Notes: generated from the letters alone by a model not told the origin. A stretch of 64,000 nucleotides of DNA from the human T2T-CHM13v2.0 reference genome, Homo sapiens (GCF_009914755.1 NC_060933.1), one strand, 5' to 3'. Shown: positions 14,870 through 30,648, counted from the first letter of the stretch. Program-made: numbers and translations.

Positions 14870-15090
14870 CCTTGTGTTAGAATAAAAGCCCAGGCTTTGG
14901 CATCAGATCCACCCCCATTTGAATATTGGTCTAGCCACCTGCTAACATGGCCCTTGAACAATTTACTTAACTCTATGCTTTAGTTTTGTCACCAGCAAAA
15001 TAGAGAAAATACTTCCTTCATTACAAGAGTTGGAAATAATTTATGTAAAGCACATGCTACATCTAACATGGAACAAATATTCCAGATATG
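14870..15090 (+). mobile_element. MIR
   Basis: ggctttggcatcaga...cttgaacaatttacttaactct...tatgtaaagcac. Confidence 0.7.
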
Positions 15091-16499
15091 GTAACTCTGA
15101 CTTAATGTCATTCAAGTTTTTTTCAGTCAAGGCTGTCTCCAGGTTACTTTTTCCAGTAATTTTAATACAATTTTAAAAGTGGGAAACACAAAGTATTGCA
15201 TTATGATAAATCCATGGCAGTTACTCAAGACACATTTCAAATTAAAAGAAATTAAATTGAAATGTAGAGTGGAATGCAGTAGGTATTTTGAAAAATCAGA
15301 TGATGTAAGTGTAGGCTCTTAGCAAAACATATTCACCCATTGCCTGTCACAAATATTACTCTATAATTTACAAATACAAATAGAAGAAATAAGACATTAT
15401 GTTGCCACAGAAGGGACATAGAAAAATCAGAAAGTGTGAAGTACGTACTAATTTTCATTAGAGATATAAATGTAAATCACATTTGAAGATGCTACTATCA
15501 ATCAATGCAGTGAAACTGTTCATTTTGGAAGATTGTTTGTAATGGTAATTATTCATGTTAGTACTCCCCAGTGGGATTCTACCACTTAAATTCTATTTTG
15601 CAACAAGTAATGAAGTCTCAGCTATCTTAGATTTTGAAGTAGTTTTCTGCTTCTTTAGAGAAGGAGCCAAATCATTAAAATATACAGATTAATCAATTGA
15701 TAATTACCTAGGTACTATAAGGGAAAGCTGATACACTTGTTTATAAGAAATCTACTTTTAGATTTGTTAAAACACACACATATACATACTTGCTGATATA
15801 AGAAATAAACAGTTAGTAGTAAGTAGGTTAATTTCTTCTGGTCAATTTACTGATCAGGAAAGTAAAGAGGAAGTTGTGGAAAGAGGAACCCTTCATTATT
15901 TTAAGAATGTTTGAGGCTTAATGATGATAGATTCTTAACTGGATGGACCCTTGAGAGACTAGCTTTGACCAGATATATGCTTAAACCATATCAGAAATAG
16001 GCACTAGAAATCTTCAGAAAATTTCCAGAGATTACACAACTCCGTCATTCCAGTAAAACCTATTACTGATTATTGGTATTAAATAACATTTAAGATGGCC
16101 ATGATAGAGGGACAAGGCCCAGTTGTCTTTGAGCCAGTCATTTTCCAAAGAAGGCAAATCAATAGGGACCTGAATATCTCCAGTTTTCCCAGCCCAGAAA
16201 ATCCAATGCTTGTTTCACTACTGGCTCCAAAAAATTGGGTCCCAGAGAATCACCATTTATGACAGATTATTTGTGTCTGTTTCATTTTTAGTCTTACGAT
16301 AAGGGTGAATCAAAATAATCTCATGAAAGCTTTAATTATAGTCACCTGTACTAATGGAATGACAATGCATAGCAAAATATAAATGCTCACTAAATTAGTT
16401 AAAATATCAAAAGGCTGAAATCCTGATTTTGCTTAAATTGAATTCCATCACATTCCTTTTTTATCTTGCCCTTTACTCTTCTTGGATAAACAAGGAGAA

Positions 16500-17880
16500 A
16501 AATCAGGAATAGTTTTACTGGCACCATAAACTGACAAACTCCTGGGCACTCTTCCAACTCTAGAGTTACAGGGATGAAAGACAAACTCATTGGTCTCAAG
16601 GAGCTCAAGAAGCTCAAAGTCTAATTCTGGGGAGAGAGAAAGTGAGCAGGCAATTCAGACCCGCATAATGAGCATCATGATAGAGGTAAATCTGGTGTCA
16701 CTGGAACAGAGAGCAAGAGCACCTGCACATTCTACTATAGGGTGCCAAGGAAAGTTTCGTAGAGGAGGAAGTGCCAGAGCTGAGTCTTGAAGAAGGAATT
16801 ACAGTAAGCCAGGAAGAGAAGCTGGGAAATGATGTTGTCATCTCAAGGAAATACAAATACAAAGGCCAGAGACAGAGAGTGTGAGCTGTTTGACGATAAG
16901 AGATGAAAAATAAGGAGGGAGATGAGGATAGGAAATGAATTACATCAGATCTGAGGCTACAGTGAAGACAACAAGGAGGCATTGAGGGGAATTTGTCTGG
17001 GGGGAGTCATGATCATTCGATTTAATTTTACAATGATTTTTTTCCTTGCTAGTTATATAGGACATAGTTTGGAAGGAGGAGGGGACTGAACATAAGTCCA
17101 CATGTGAGGAACAATGCTTCTTCCTTCTTTCTTTTGCTTCCTCTTTTACTCTCTCTCTGCTAGTCTCATAAAGGGCTTAAGGTGGTAAGGGCTAAGGCAG
17201 TAGCAGAAATGGAGAGGAGATGGTATAATCAAGAGATATTTTGTTTTCAAAAAGGAAAGCAGTGATTTAAGGGGCCAAATGTACAGGGTTGCAAACTTTA
17301 CTAAGAATGTGTGGAACTCAGCTTGACAGAAGGTCATATAAATAAGACCTGTTAGTATTTAGTTGAATATAAACTCAATGTAAGCCCATATAGCAATGTG
17401 GGTATAAAAAAGTAACCTTAAGTTCCTTTAATAAAAATTTAGAGCCTGGATCAAAGGGAACAGTAATACTACCATTCTCTGTGCTGATCAGATAACTGCT
17501 CCAGCCTGGATATGAACTCTAAACAAATCTTCCAGAGTCAGGAATGTTATGAAGAAAGGTAAGAAGGTGGAAAATGTAAGAGGAGGTAGTAAGCATAATA
17601 ATCGGATTGGAGAGCAGGGTAGAAAAATATTAGAAAATAACATAGGGAAAGCAGGTTGAAACTAGACTATGGAGGCCTCATGTACCTGTTTTATGACATT
17701 GGATTTTATTTTAGTAGGAAAAGGGGAACCATGAAGATTACTGAGTAGCATAATGACTTTAACAGAGATCTACATTAGTTAATATTGGTCTGGAGGCAAG
17801 TAAAATGCACATATAGGAAAGAAAAATGGTGACTAAGAGACCACTTACAATATCTTTGTCATGGTTTGATAAGGGCGTGG
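16500..17880. mobile_element. L2 relics (minus strand), probably interrupted by a CR1/L3-like piece at about 17330-17500
   Basis: gagctgagtcttgaagaagg...caaaggccagag and ggattttattt...ggggaaccatgaag are L2 hallmarks. Confidence 0.55.
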
Positions 17881-20800
17881 ATCTAACTCCATGAGTGAGA
17901 ACCTTGTTTAGTGAGTGTTTAACAAAGTAGTTCAGGTATTCATCTTTTTTGTCAACAAACCTCCCAAGATACCGTTCTCCTTAAAAGAATGAGGCTTACT
18001 AATGAATTTTTCTTTATTAAAATCTCCCAATATGTCACTAATTAAGAATACGTAATTTGCATAACAGCTGAGATAAAATCTGCACTTTGCAAATTACTTA
18101 GAAAATGTTTTTGAGACAGTTCACAGTATAAGCAAGATCAATATTTAATATATTTAATATATATTTTAGAAGCCATATTTGCATGCAAAATGTTGACATC
18201 CTAATTAAAGTATTTTCTTATTTATTCATCATAAAATGAGCAACACATCACACATTCAATCATCTATTTATTCCACAATACTCACTATGTGCCAGGCACT
18301 GTCCTAGGTGCTGGGGGTGTAGTAGTGAAGTAAGACCACAATCTATGCAGCTTATATTCTATTGAAGGAGACAGAATACATATGATAAATAGGTAATACG
18401 TGTAGGATTTAGACCTGGCACAATGTTGACATAGGAGGGGTTTTTTTTTTTGTAATTTTAAAAGGTTTGAGCTTTGATTTATTGTATTTTTCACATATAA
18501 AAATCTGCTGCTTAAGTTTATAGCCTGTTTTGGATGCTGAAATACTGTCATTTTGGGTAAATATTCTATGTGCTAATCAAAATGGGTGTACATTCTCTGT
18601 GAAATGTTAACTGCAGTTAATACATTGATTATCTTAATGTATTAATTACATTAGTCATGTGCTATTTTTACTTTTTGTAACTTGCCTAAAATTTGCTAAA
18701 GTTAAATAAAAATCTTCCACTACAAATAATGTTGCCCTTTTCTTAGAGATTTTAAGAATTGTTGCCCCCCTGATTTTTCTTGTCTTATTTGACACATCAA
18801 GTTTTATTAGTATTATGTTTTTATGTTTATTATGAATTTGTATTTTTTCTGGCTGTGGAAATAGCTGTGAAATAACTCCATTGTTTTCAGCCTTCATTTC
18901 TGTCTACATATTAATCACTTTTGTGTTGTTTAAATGCATCACCATCCTCAAGTGTCTTCTTTCATGACCTAGTTATTTATAGACCATATATTTATTTCTA
19001 CTTCAATCATTTTTCACTCATCAATTTGTCTCTTTGTATATCTACCTCTCTTTTTTTTCTTTTAAATTGCCCTATTACCTTTTCTTTTTCCCCCTATTTA
19101 TTGCCTTCCATTAATCATATCTGTCTATGTGAATATCTATTTTGTACTACAAGGCCTTAAAATTAATTTTTCCCCCTGGGAACTGTCTTTGTATCATTAA
19201 ACATATCAATATCCTCTTTCTCTTATATCTTGAAAACTAAGCTGAAGTTCTTTTCCCATGATCATCTCATCATATTTGATATTTCCCCCGAGGAATGAGG
19301 GATTTACTCATGCTGCATAAAGCTCTATCAATTTTTTTTTTCTGTGAGAACTTCATTTTGATTTTTTGCTTTTGCCTGATTAGGAATCTTTAAGAATATT
19401 ATTACTAGTAACATTCCCTCAAACTCCCTTCCTACCAGGATCACCTAATTCTTGTTAGGTTTACTGAGTTTACTTGTCAGGATTACTTGCTCCTATACAT
19501 GGAATTTAAATATTTGCTTCTTGGTTACTTTTAATTTAGCTTGCGATCTACCAACTATTGGCATGTAGTAGAAAACCCAGCTCAATAAAGTCCTTATCAT
19601 TTGAGACAAAGGAATATTCTTAAACCTTCCCCTTTTCCTTTTTTTTTTTTCTGTGAGAAAGAGAAACTTGACATAGATGTTCAGTAATCCTATCTTTTCT
19701 TAATGTGATTCATATCTACGACGAATCTTCTAATTAAAAACTCACATTCTCCAGAGTTCTACACTTTTGCATTTGTCACAAGTTCACACTTACGTAGTCT
19801 TTTTTTTTTTTCTGCTCTTTTTCATTCAAGAGCCCTAAGCTATTCTCTCTTTGGATTGTCTTTCAGAACTCTTACAGCCAATTTTGATATTTCACAATGT
19901 CCATAGACCTCCAGTTATCTGAATTATTTACTATACATAGTTTACATTTGTATTTTTCCATGTGTATATTTCTTATTTTTTCAGGGCTTTCCCCTAAACT
20001 CCCTGATTTCCTAAATTATTCTCATTTTACACCTCTTCCTCTGGCTCCCTTCCCTCCAGTATTCTCACTGTTTCTGGCATGTGGGTTAATCTACAGTTGG
20101 CTCATTGTTTCTTTAATACTCTTTATTTTATTTTATTTTTTCTGAATTTTTTGTTTTTCTCTCTCCCTCCCTCTCCCCCTTTTCTTTTTAGTGGTTTTTG
20201 TATAGCGGAAATGCCAATATTCTGTCTTGTTAGTGGGAGATCTTGTCTTAAAGCAGCTCTTTGACCATCGTTAGTTAATTTACTATTTGTTGCCATTCCA
20301 GCTCCCTTCCCACTGCCTTCTGAGATCCATCTATTTACTTCCCTTTATTTTTTTATGTCTCTTTTACCATTTTTCCCTTTTCTTACGGCCCTAGGGAACC
20401 TTTCTGTACTTGATGGCGAGTTGTTACTAGTTCAGCTTTCATTTTGTGGCTTGTTTCACCAAAGCCGAGCCCTGTGGTATCTGCCTTCCTTTTATGATAA
20501 CATGAATTTGTCCATTTTAGCCACAGAGCTTACCTGTGGTCCAATTCTGTTTGATTTTCTTCTCCATATATGGGACAGTTCTCCAAATTAAACATTAAAT
20601 GTGCGTGATTTCTTGAGCTTACATGTGAAATGACTCCTTGACTCTCCTCTTACTATCCTAAAGTAGAAGAATTTGGCAGTTTATTTATCTCATCTTTGAC
20701 TTTTTAGACTATAAGGCCCTCAAAGGCATGGGTTTGGACCTACTCCAGATTTGGAGAGCAGCATCTTCCACAGAATTGCTGTTCTCCCTTCCCCACTGCT

Positions 20801-23800
20801 CTGCTTCATAACACTGCAGGCTGTCAAGCTGAAAGAGGCTTCAGCATTTATCTAAGTACCTATCTCACTGAGTCATCTTTGACTCTTAGGCACAACACAG
20901 TGCTTGGCCAGGGTAACTGCTCAGTAATGTTTTGGGGTAAATGCAATTAAACACATGTCTTCTGCTCAAATCAGACATGTATCTCTTACAGTGATCTTCA
21001 TCACTTTGCCAGAAGAATGGGGCTCATTAAGTCAGGAAACATTTGCATTTGTAATTTGCAAATTGTTTGAAGGATTAAACTTTCAATACATTTTCCTCCT
21101 GAATAATGGAGAGTATAAAAAATTGAAGTTAGTTCAATGGGGAACCTCTCTGATGAGAAGGAGTTTAATAGGGTTTGGAAATTGCTAAATTTCCATCCTC
21201 AGAACAGAAGGCCCTGCACGCTATAATCCCTGATTATGTCATCTTTTAAAATTGCATACAAGGCTCATCTTTTAAAAAATATTTCTATCAGTTAATGGTC
21301 AACAGCAATTTAGTAATATATTAAACATATATGTACACATATATGAATCATTTGGGTCTATGTTTTGTCAATATCTGCAAAATTCAATTACTTATAGGTG
21401 AAACTGTAGGGTGGAAGGAGAGCTCCTACCTTTCTTGAAGTTTTCACCAAGAAGAGAACAATACTAATCTATGTGGTGGGGTCATAATTTAATACATGTC
21501 TTGTGCTGTGTTACTATTGGTGTGTATGAGGGGCTTGCTACATCAAGAAGTCATACACACAGACATGGTAATCTCTTTTTCTTGCTTCCATGTGTTGTAA
21601 CTGGCAAGCTGGCACTTTTTTCTCTCTGTGTTTTCTTCTCTGATATGTTACCTAAAACAGTTTGATTTATTCCATACCCCTATATCATTGTCCTTACCTT
21701 TTGCTTTTTGGTATGAACCTTGACTCTTCTATACAATTATGATCTCTGCCTAGCCCTTGAACTGTTCCTGGTCACACTGTGAAACATCACAACTCAATTC
21801 ATTCTGGCTCTTTGGATCTGGCCCCAGTGCTAGCCAAGGTGTTGATGTCCCTTCAAGTATTGCCTTGGCATAGCCCTGGCAATAAGACATTATGCAGTAT
21901 TTACCAGTCAAACATCTATCCTAAGGGTTGTAGGGTATGCAGATTGAAGTGGTCTTGAGAGATAAATCTGAAAATCAGAGTAGAGCTTCAGTATTACTCT
22001 GCATAGTTTCATACTTTTTGGCAGATTTCCAGATTTTACAGTAGATGCATATAAAGTGAAAAAGTCAACCAAGAATACAGTTCCTTCTCGGGCACATAAA
22101 AGCTTGGAAGCTCTCCTAATTGGGAAATATTCCACAGTTTAAAATCTGCTGAATCCTAGATTAAGTAAATTTGAGCTGTATTCATCAAAATAGAGTCTTG
22201 AGGGAATATACATTTTCCAGTGTACCTTATGTGAGTCCCCCCGACCCCGCCCCGCAGTGACTTAGAGAAAATTTTAGACTCATCTCTTGGCATGACTTAA
22301 GTGACCTGGAGTAGAGGTAATTTCAAAGAATTCCAGCCAGATCATTCGGCTGACAAGGGTTCCTACTGAAAACATCTGAACACACAGACCTTAAGTGTTG
22401 ATCCCTGAGATTCATGAACCCAAACATGTCTTTTCTAGAAGTATCAACACCTTAGTAGCCCTAGCAGAGAAAGTTAACCTAGGAGTAAGAGTTAGGTATA
22501 CTGGATCAGCCATAAGCAATGTGTTCTTCTCGGGACTCCAGGGAGCTAGTGCTAAGCAGCCTCCAACCCCTGGCTTCCATGTTTAATGCAACTGCATTTC
22601 TTTTAAGTACATGTTGAAATATGTGGGTTAACCAGTTTGTGTTGGTAGAGGTCCTTAGGACAAGAATGCTTATAAAATTTAAGAACAATTAAGAAAATTA
22701 CTGTATGCAGATGCGATTTGTATAGCTTCAGGCTGAAAGAATATAAATTAAAAAGTAATAGGATCCCAATTAAGGAAGGCTTATACTAATTCTGAAAGAG
22801 CCTGGAATATGAATTTAGATAAACTGGTTTAAATCTTCCCCTGCAAAGTAGTAGCTGAATGACCTTAGACATACTACTTAACTTTTTGAGACAGGTATCC
22901 TTATAGTTAAGGAAATTAAAGTTTATGACATTTAAATAACTTTAACATGGTCACAATGCCACTAAGTTATGGTGACAGTGGACAGAATATCCAAAATTAG
23001 AATTATAGCATTCAGCCTCAAGTTCTTCTGGAACTCTGCTAATGTTCAGGAATAAATTGTGATGATTATCAATTTATATGTTGGGTTTTTTGAATGGACA
23101 TTTGTTTGATTCATTTTTTTGAAGATTTTCTAATTCTTCACAATGCCTGGCACATAATAGGTTCTTAAGAATATATGCAGAATCAATAATGAAAACATTT
23201 ATTATTAATAAAAGGCCAGTGAGTATTGATATTGCTTGACTGTGTAAGCATAAAGATAAACATAGTTTGAAGAGAAAAGAGTCTCTAGTGTGTTGAATCA
23301 TAATTCAGGGTCAACTGAGGAGGGAGGCCTAGAAATGCTAGCACCAGCAGAGTATAATCACTGGTATAAAGGGTGTTATCCCAGTGAAGAATAATAACCA
23401 AACAGCCAGGTCAAGGAAAATGGATAAAACTATGAATAATTAGATGAGCATGTCTTCTCCTGGTGGAAGAACAGAAGGGGGTTGCTAGCTTCCTGACAGC
23501 ACGGCCTCTTACCTTCTATTCCTTCTGTCTCCAGACAAGGGCTTGACCTTATATTAGTTAATTTCAGCAAATACATGTGAACAAAGGAACGAATTAATCA
23601 CTGACTACTTGATTCAATTCTCAAGGGATACAGAACAGAACTGCAGAAGCTGTTCAAAGAAGAAAAGGAGGATTCTACATCCCAATTAGAAGCTAGAATA
23701 AACGATCAGAACTATGGCTAATTAGTCAAAGGGTTAGGGACTTCTTAGGCCAAGAACAACAATGTGTCTGTCAGTGTCCAGACTCTTGGGATTCTTAAAG

Positions 23801-24710
23801 AAAAGATAAGTGCTGATGACCAGATTATGACCAACCCATGGAGCTTTCTCTGCAGGAACAATGAATTTATTAGCACTTAGGGCCTTTAGGCAAGCATGGG
23901 CAAATCATAATCCTGGGAACAGCAGGTAAATTCTCAAACTCCTATTCACTTTCCCCAGAGTCCGATGTTCAGAATGCAGCAAGGGAGTAAATGTGGGCAA
24001 GGCTAAAAGCAATTTTGAGAAATAAAAACAATGTTTATATCCTAATGTTTAAAAAAAATTACTTGCAAAGCTTTTATACTGTATTACTTTATTTGGTTAA
24101 TTTGTTACAGGATTATGATTTTTATAAATATGTCAGGGCTAATGTTCTGCCATTCAGTTGACATCCGCTCTGCATATAAAATGCAAATGCCTTAGCTTGG
24201 CATACAAACTCTGTGTGGTATGTTATCAAGTTGACTACTTTTCCAGAATCATCTCAAATCCTTTTCATATGCAATTAATGCTCCAGCCATACTAAATTTA
24301 TCTTTCAGGTCTTGGTGAATTTGCATATGTCATTTCCTTTGTCTGTGAATTTGTTCCAAACCTAAAACCCCTTTTCATTTACAGGATCCAAGTCCAGTGT
24401 TTTTCCCTCATCACCAAATATCTGAGAAGAGTTCATTATTTCCCTCTGTATATCTGAATATATCCCTATTCTTATAAATCACACATCCCATTGTTTTATA
24501 ACCATTTACTTACATTTCGACCTCATTCACTAGACTGTCAGCTCCTAAATGTCAGAATTCAAGTCTTCATTTTGTCTACCCGACCATAGTTCAACACATG
24601 GTCATTGGCTAGGCAAAAACATCCATTCAAATGCGCTTATAAAGGTATTCTCAAAATAATATTCCACCAATAATTGCTCCAATTAACTAACATTTAAAAA
24701 AACAACTTGT

Positions 24711-25092
<382 letters not shown>

Positions 25093-25837
25093 TTATTATG
25101 GACATTTGCTCTGGCATGTGGGGACCTAGGAAGAATAAAATCTCTAATACCTGTAATTATGTGTGTGTAGTCTGCCATGAGAAATGACTTTTCTAATCTG
25201 AAAGCCTAGCTGAAAATGCCATGTTTTTGGTGATTTCATTAACATTTTAAGATGTTAACAGTTCTGTCAGCCCAAACTGAAAATGACTGTGTGAGAAATG
25301 AAAACTTGCGTAACTCTGACATCCACTATTCATGGCTCATTATCCTCCCGACTTTCATTATGCAGTGAAGAAGTGGGGGCAGCCTTACAAAATTTAAGAA
25401 CAATTAAGAAAATTACTGTATGCAGATGTGACTTATGGACTGAGAATAACTTACTTTCTGAAAGACTGTATTAAACAAAATAAATAAGGATGATGGAAAA
25501 TCCACAGATGTTTTATGGCTTAAGGCAGCTTTTCAGTTATTCATTATAAAGTCTCCTTCCTGGGTTTTGCTCATTTCCCTTGACTTGTTCCTGAATACTT
25601 TTCAAACTTTCTCTTTTCCTGTATCCCTCAGGAGTTTAAAAAGTCTCAGGTATACTTCCTGAAGTTCTTTGGGTTCATTTCTCAAACACATTCATCATGA
25701 TGAAAATATTGTCACTGACCCGGTGTAAATTACTGCTGGGCTTCAAACCTCACAATCTTCTTTTACAGCTTCAAAGTTTGTGGAATAAATAGCCACGAGG
25801 GCAGAGGTTATATACTAACCTAACATCCCACCATAAG

Positions 25838-25850
25838 GAGAGAGAGAGAG

Positions 25851-25897
<47 letters not shown>
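25838..25897. repeat. Interrupted (GA)n microsatellite
   Basis: Direct inspection. Confidence 0.95.
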
Positions 25898-26011
25898 AAG
25901 AAAACCAAACAGAAATCATCCAGTATTTATGTAAATTTAAAAAGTACTTAATTTAGACAATATCTACCATCTATCCATTTCTTCTACAGCAACAGATAAT
26001 GTAGGATGTAA

Positions 26012-26418
<407 letters not shown>

Positions 26419-27316
26419 TCTATGTCAATTTCAATAAATACCTATTAAGTGCCTACTATAGGCTAGGCATTGGATAAGGCTCAATAATAGCGTCTCCACT
26501 TAACAGAATTTATATTCTAGCTCAGAACTCAGATTCACAGACAAATAATGAGGATAGAATGGGCCAAGTACCACTATGTAATTTTATATACAAAATGCCA
26601 TGGGATCCTTGTGGAAGGAAGAACATAATTTTAATATAAATTAAATCTTGAGGAGCCAGAAAGATCAGTCTGATCTTGGTAAAATGAGACCCTAAGGTAT
26701 ATACAACTTAAGTCAACAAATATTCTTCTCTGTAGTTTCTAAACGTTTTTAGGATTCAAACAGAATCACTTTTCTTGCATTCTCCTTTTTACATGAGACA
26801 AAAAGATGCTAAGGAACTCAATGTAGTTTTCATAAGTGGTTTTTCCTGGCTGCTGTTTATGACTGTCCTTCCAAAACAATGACTATTTGAAATTATAAAT
26901 CAAAACTTTGCTTGTATTTTTGTTGTAAAGGAGAATGTTTCTTGTCTTAGATAAAATTCTGAACCTTAATTATGTGCGAGCTTGCCAACAGTAGATTAAA
27001 TCTGGAGAGTGGCTATAAAATAAAATATGCATGGATTTTAATCTTATGGAAATTATAATATGGGAAAAAGGGAAAGTTCAGATGATGATAGAACATCTAA
27101 TTTTATTACTAATAGATTTGTAGTAAATATATTTGAAAAATTTTATTAACAACATTCTTTAAGGAGTTTACAGGTTGTGTTCAGTCTTTCACTTTTCCCT
27201 TACATATGGCATTTGGCATATTGCCTTGTACATAGTAGGTGCTCAATTTATACATACATATATATATGTAAAATTAAATGTACAACTATTTGCACCCCTT
27301 GACCTTTTATCATGTC

Positions 27317-27362
27317 TTTTTTTTTTTTTTTTTTTTGAGACGGAGTCTCGCTGTGTTGCCCA
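27317..27362 (-). mobile_element. Extremely 5'-truncated Alu (26 bp plus about A20) with TSD
   Basis: T20-gagacggagtctcgctgtgttgccca flanked by ttatcatgtc(tttttt) on both sides. Confidence 0.93.
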
Positions 27363-27879
27363 TTATCATGTCTTTTTTAAAGGTAAGAAGTTATGAGTTT
27401 GCCTTGTAGTCCTCAACATAGTCAGATACCACTGTTCCAGGATGGCCTAAAAACAGGGCCTAGTCTACAGGGAAACATTCGTCTTTGAAGAAATAATAAT
27501 CTTCTGACTTGGCCTCTCTGACTACAGGTGGTCCTTTTTCAGAAGAAAGTCTAAGCCCTAATGAAATATCCTTTAAGGATATTCCCCCTTTCCCGGGAAT
27601 CACCAAAACCATTTCCATATGATGTGTTGTTCTCTATTTTAAATGGACATTTTCGTTCTAGTTTCTGAATCATATTGAGGAACCGGAGCAGAAATGTATT
27701 TAATTTAAAAATAAACAAATATAATTATGAATGTATAAACAAATAAATAATATTTTATATATATATAATACTCTTATGGAACTCTTAGTTCTATTAATGT
27801 ATCCTGTTTGTCTACTACCAATCTATCATCTATTATCTCTATCTATCTATCAATCATCAATCACAATGATTCTATGGGT

Positions 27880-28410
27880 AATAGGATCTACTCTTATATC
27901 CATTTTACATAAATGAATATAGAACAAAGGAAATTAAGGCTCAGAGAAGTTAAGTAACTTGATTAAGTCACTCAAGTAGTAAGTGGCAGTGCTAAACTTC
28001 AAGTTCAGACGGTCTGAACTTGAGTTCAAGAGTCTTTGCCTTTACTACTCTATACTGTCTTAAGCATCAAGGCCAGGGAGGAGGGAGAAAAGTCCATTTC
28101 TTGCTTGACTAATTTTTTCTTTGTATAGATTTAGAGAAACTTGATTAATTTTATTGATATGGAAAAGAGTGGGTAGGAAAAGAAACATTTATTTTGCATC
28201 TACTATAAGCTAAGCATGGTATTAGGTACTTTTCATATATAAATTTCATGGTATCTTTATTATACTATACCAAGCTATTCATTATTCTATTTTGCTAGTT
28301 GGAAAACTGAGGCTTGGAGCTTTTAAATAACTTTCCAAGAACACAACAGCTAGTAAGAAGCTAAACCAAGGTTTAAAGGCAGGATTGAGCACTCCCACTA
28401 TACCATGTAC
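27880..28410 (-). mobile_element. Two MIR fragments just downstream of exon 2
   Basis: aaggctcagagaagttaagtaacttg and gaaaactgaggcttggagc. Confidence 0.7.
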
Positions 28411-28604
28411 TTACAAGTTTATAGATCAAATTACAGATAGCAGATCATGAAATACTAGCCTATATAACCAGAAATCCTCTAAGAAATATTATTAAAGTTT
28501 AAAGCTACTCAGAGTCAAGATTTCTGCAAAGCGGACAGATAGGGGAATTTTACTCTCTGTCATGGCCCTATGAATGGGGATATAACCGAGACCTTGCATC
28601 CTAC

Positions 28605-29209
28605 CTTGATAAATATTGTCCTGAAGTGAGATTTGTAGTTTCCACCTCCATGCAGTTCATCGTGCTGGGAATGAGAGCAAGTTCTGGTTGGATCATGGTG
28701 GCTGTGGCTACAGCTCTTGCGACCAGCTCCATAGCATCTTGTACGTAGTGCTCAAAGACAGACTGTGTTGTTTTTCCATGAGCAATGAGCCCTAAGGGCA
28801 GACCCTCTGTCCTCAGTTCCTCCACATTCTGGGAATCTCCCAGCACCCAACGAAGTTCAGGGGGCATGACCCCAAACTGGGTTGTAATTTCGAAAATCCG
28901 CCGGATACTTTCCATGTCGCAGCCAAACATCACCACTGTGGGTGTGCTGTTCTTAATACTCTCAAGCTGGATCTGTAGGAAGCTCAAGAGGTCCTGGGTG
29001 GAGGGGAGGTTAGCGGTGATATTGATGATAGAACCAAGGTGGAACTTGGAATTATTCTGGGTAAGGAGGAGGAAGTCGGTGATGTTCCAGTCTTCCTGGC
29101 ACAGCAACAAGCTAAAATTGTACCAGTTGTTCATGGTCAGGATTGAGACAGTGACATCAGCATCAGAACTTAATGAATTTTCTAAACTCAGTTGTAGGTG
29201 AAGGGGATT
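28605..29209 (-). CDS. GRIN3A: GRIN3A coding exon (exon 2), amino-terminal domain, [19 protein letters not shown]...TSGQYLS(R)
   Basis: ORF 28601..29134 extends upstream to the acceptor tttaaatacAG|AATCCC (AG = ct at 29210-29211). Donor is TCAAG|GTAGGA (GT = ac at 28603-28604). 605 nt, phase 0 in, phase 2 out. Confidence 0.97.
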
Positions 29210-30648
29210 CTGTATTTAAAGATATGAAAAAGAAGAATTAGAAAGCATTGGCCAAAGACTTTAACATAGGGTACTTTTGCTTTCTTATGAGGCTTAATCC
29301 TTTAATTTCACTGTGATACATAGTTCTGGGATAAAATTCCCATAGTTTGGAAAACTATGCTTCCTGTCTAATGGAACTATTGATTCCTAACAACTGATTT
29401 CCTAATAATTTTTGCTAAGAGTACCAGAGGGTGGATGGTTCTTGGTGTGAATATCAGAAGTAACACAATCATACATTTGGTTGAGGAGTTTTGTCAAGCT
29501 TGTCTACTGCCATATAGGCAGTCTCATTTATGGCTTCCCATTTCTTGGTATCGCTATTAAGACCTCATTTGTTAAACTTTGATCTCATACGCAATAAGGA
29601 GAAGAAATTACTTTTGTTTCTTTTTAAAATTAATGGCAGGAAATCTTAGCAAAATGCAGGTATTTTTATAAGGATGATGTGAAAGATGGATGCATCATAG
29701 TTTCCTAAACTTCCAGCCCCTTGAGGAAGACACTTCTAATAAGTAAAGAATAATTTTCAATACATACATCAAGACTAAGTGTGTAGTGCAATGTTAAAGG
29801 CTTGATTACTTTTCTGTATCTTCTGAACCTGGATTCTTGCTGTGAAAAGTGAAATCTGTGCCATTAAACACACTTATGTAACTTGTATCACAATTTTATC
29901 TACTTGTGGAATTCACAAACTTCATGGAAGAAGAGAAACTTATTTGAAAAGTCACAAATTAGCAGTCATATAATTGAAGTGGAAATAGTCTTCCAATGAA
30001 TACATTTGTTAATTGTTGTCCTCAAGAGCAAGCATCTGACATCCTGACAATGTTTAGCACAATGTCTTATATACGTTAGGGGCACAATAAATATTGATGG
30101 AATTAACTATGTTTATTATGGGAACTATTGGATTGCTTTTAAGAGCTTGCTGAACATTCAATAATATGCATTAAGAAATGAGGAAGCCTTTCTCAGTAAA
30201 ATCTCAAGCCCTTGTATGAAACAAAGAAGTGTGGCCTGTCCCTACGTACCAAAAAATGTGTAACAGGAAATAGAATTTATGCTGCACTTTAAACTCTCTG
30301 AAGGATTTAAATGACTTTGATACATGTAGAATAAAAAGTGAGGACTCCACAGAGGTTTACAGGAGGAAAACTATGACTGTAGCTACTCATGATGGTAGGT
30401 AGGATGGAGTCTTAAAATTTATTCTTAAAATTTGTTCTGAGAATTTGTCTTTTGTCTTTCCAAATTAAGCTTTTGAGCAAAGCTTGTAATGATAAAAACA
30501 GAGCGTTGGAAAAATCATCACTGGGAAGCATTCAACAGGGATGGGGAATTAGAAGCCCCTCAAGATCTTGATTACATGCTAAGTGTTCTACTGCTGTTCA
30601 TGGTAGGGAGGGTAATGAAAAATGGTCTTTTTAAAATTAAAAAGGATT

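Noticed and set aside
28785-29201. Plus-strand 138-aa ORF
   Set aside because: Antisense shadow of exon 2.
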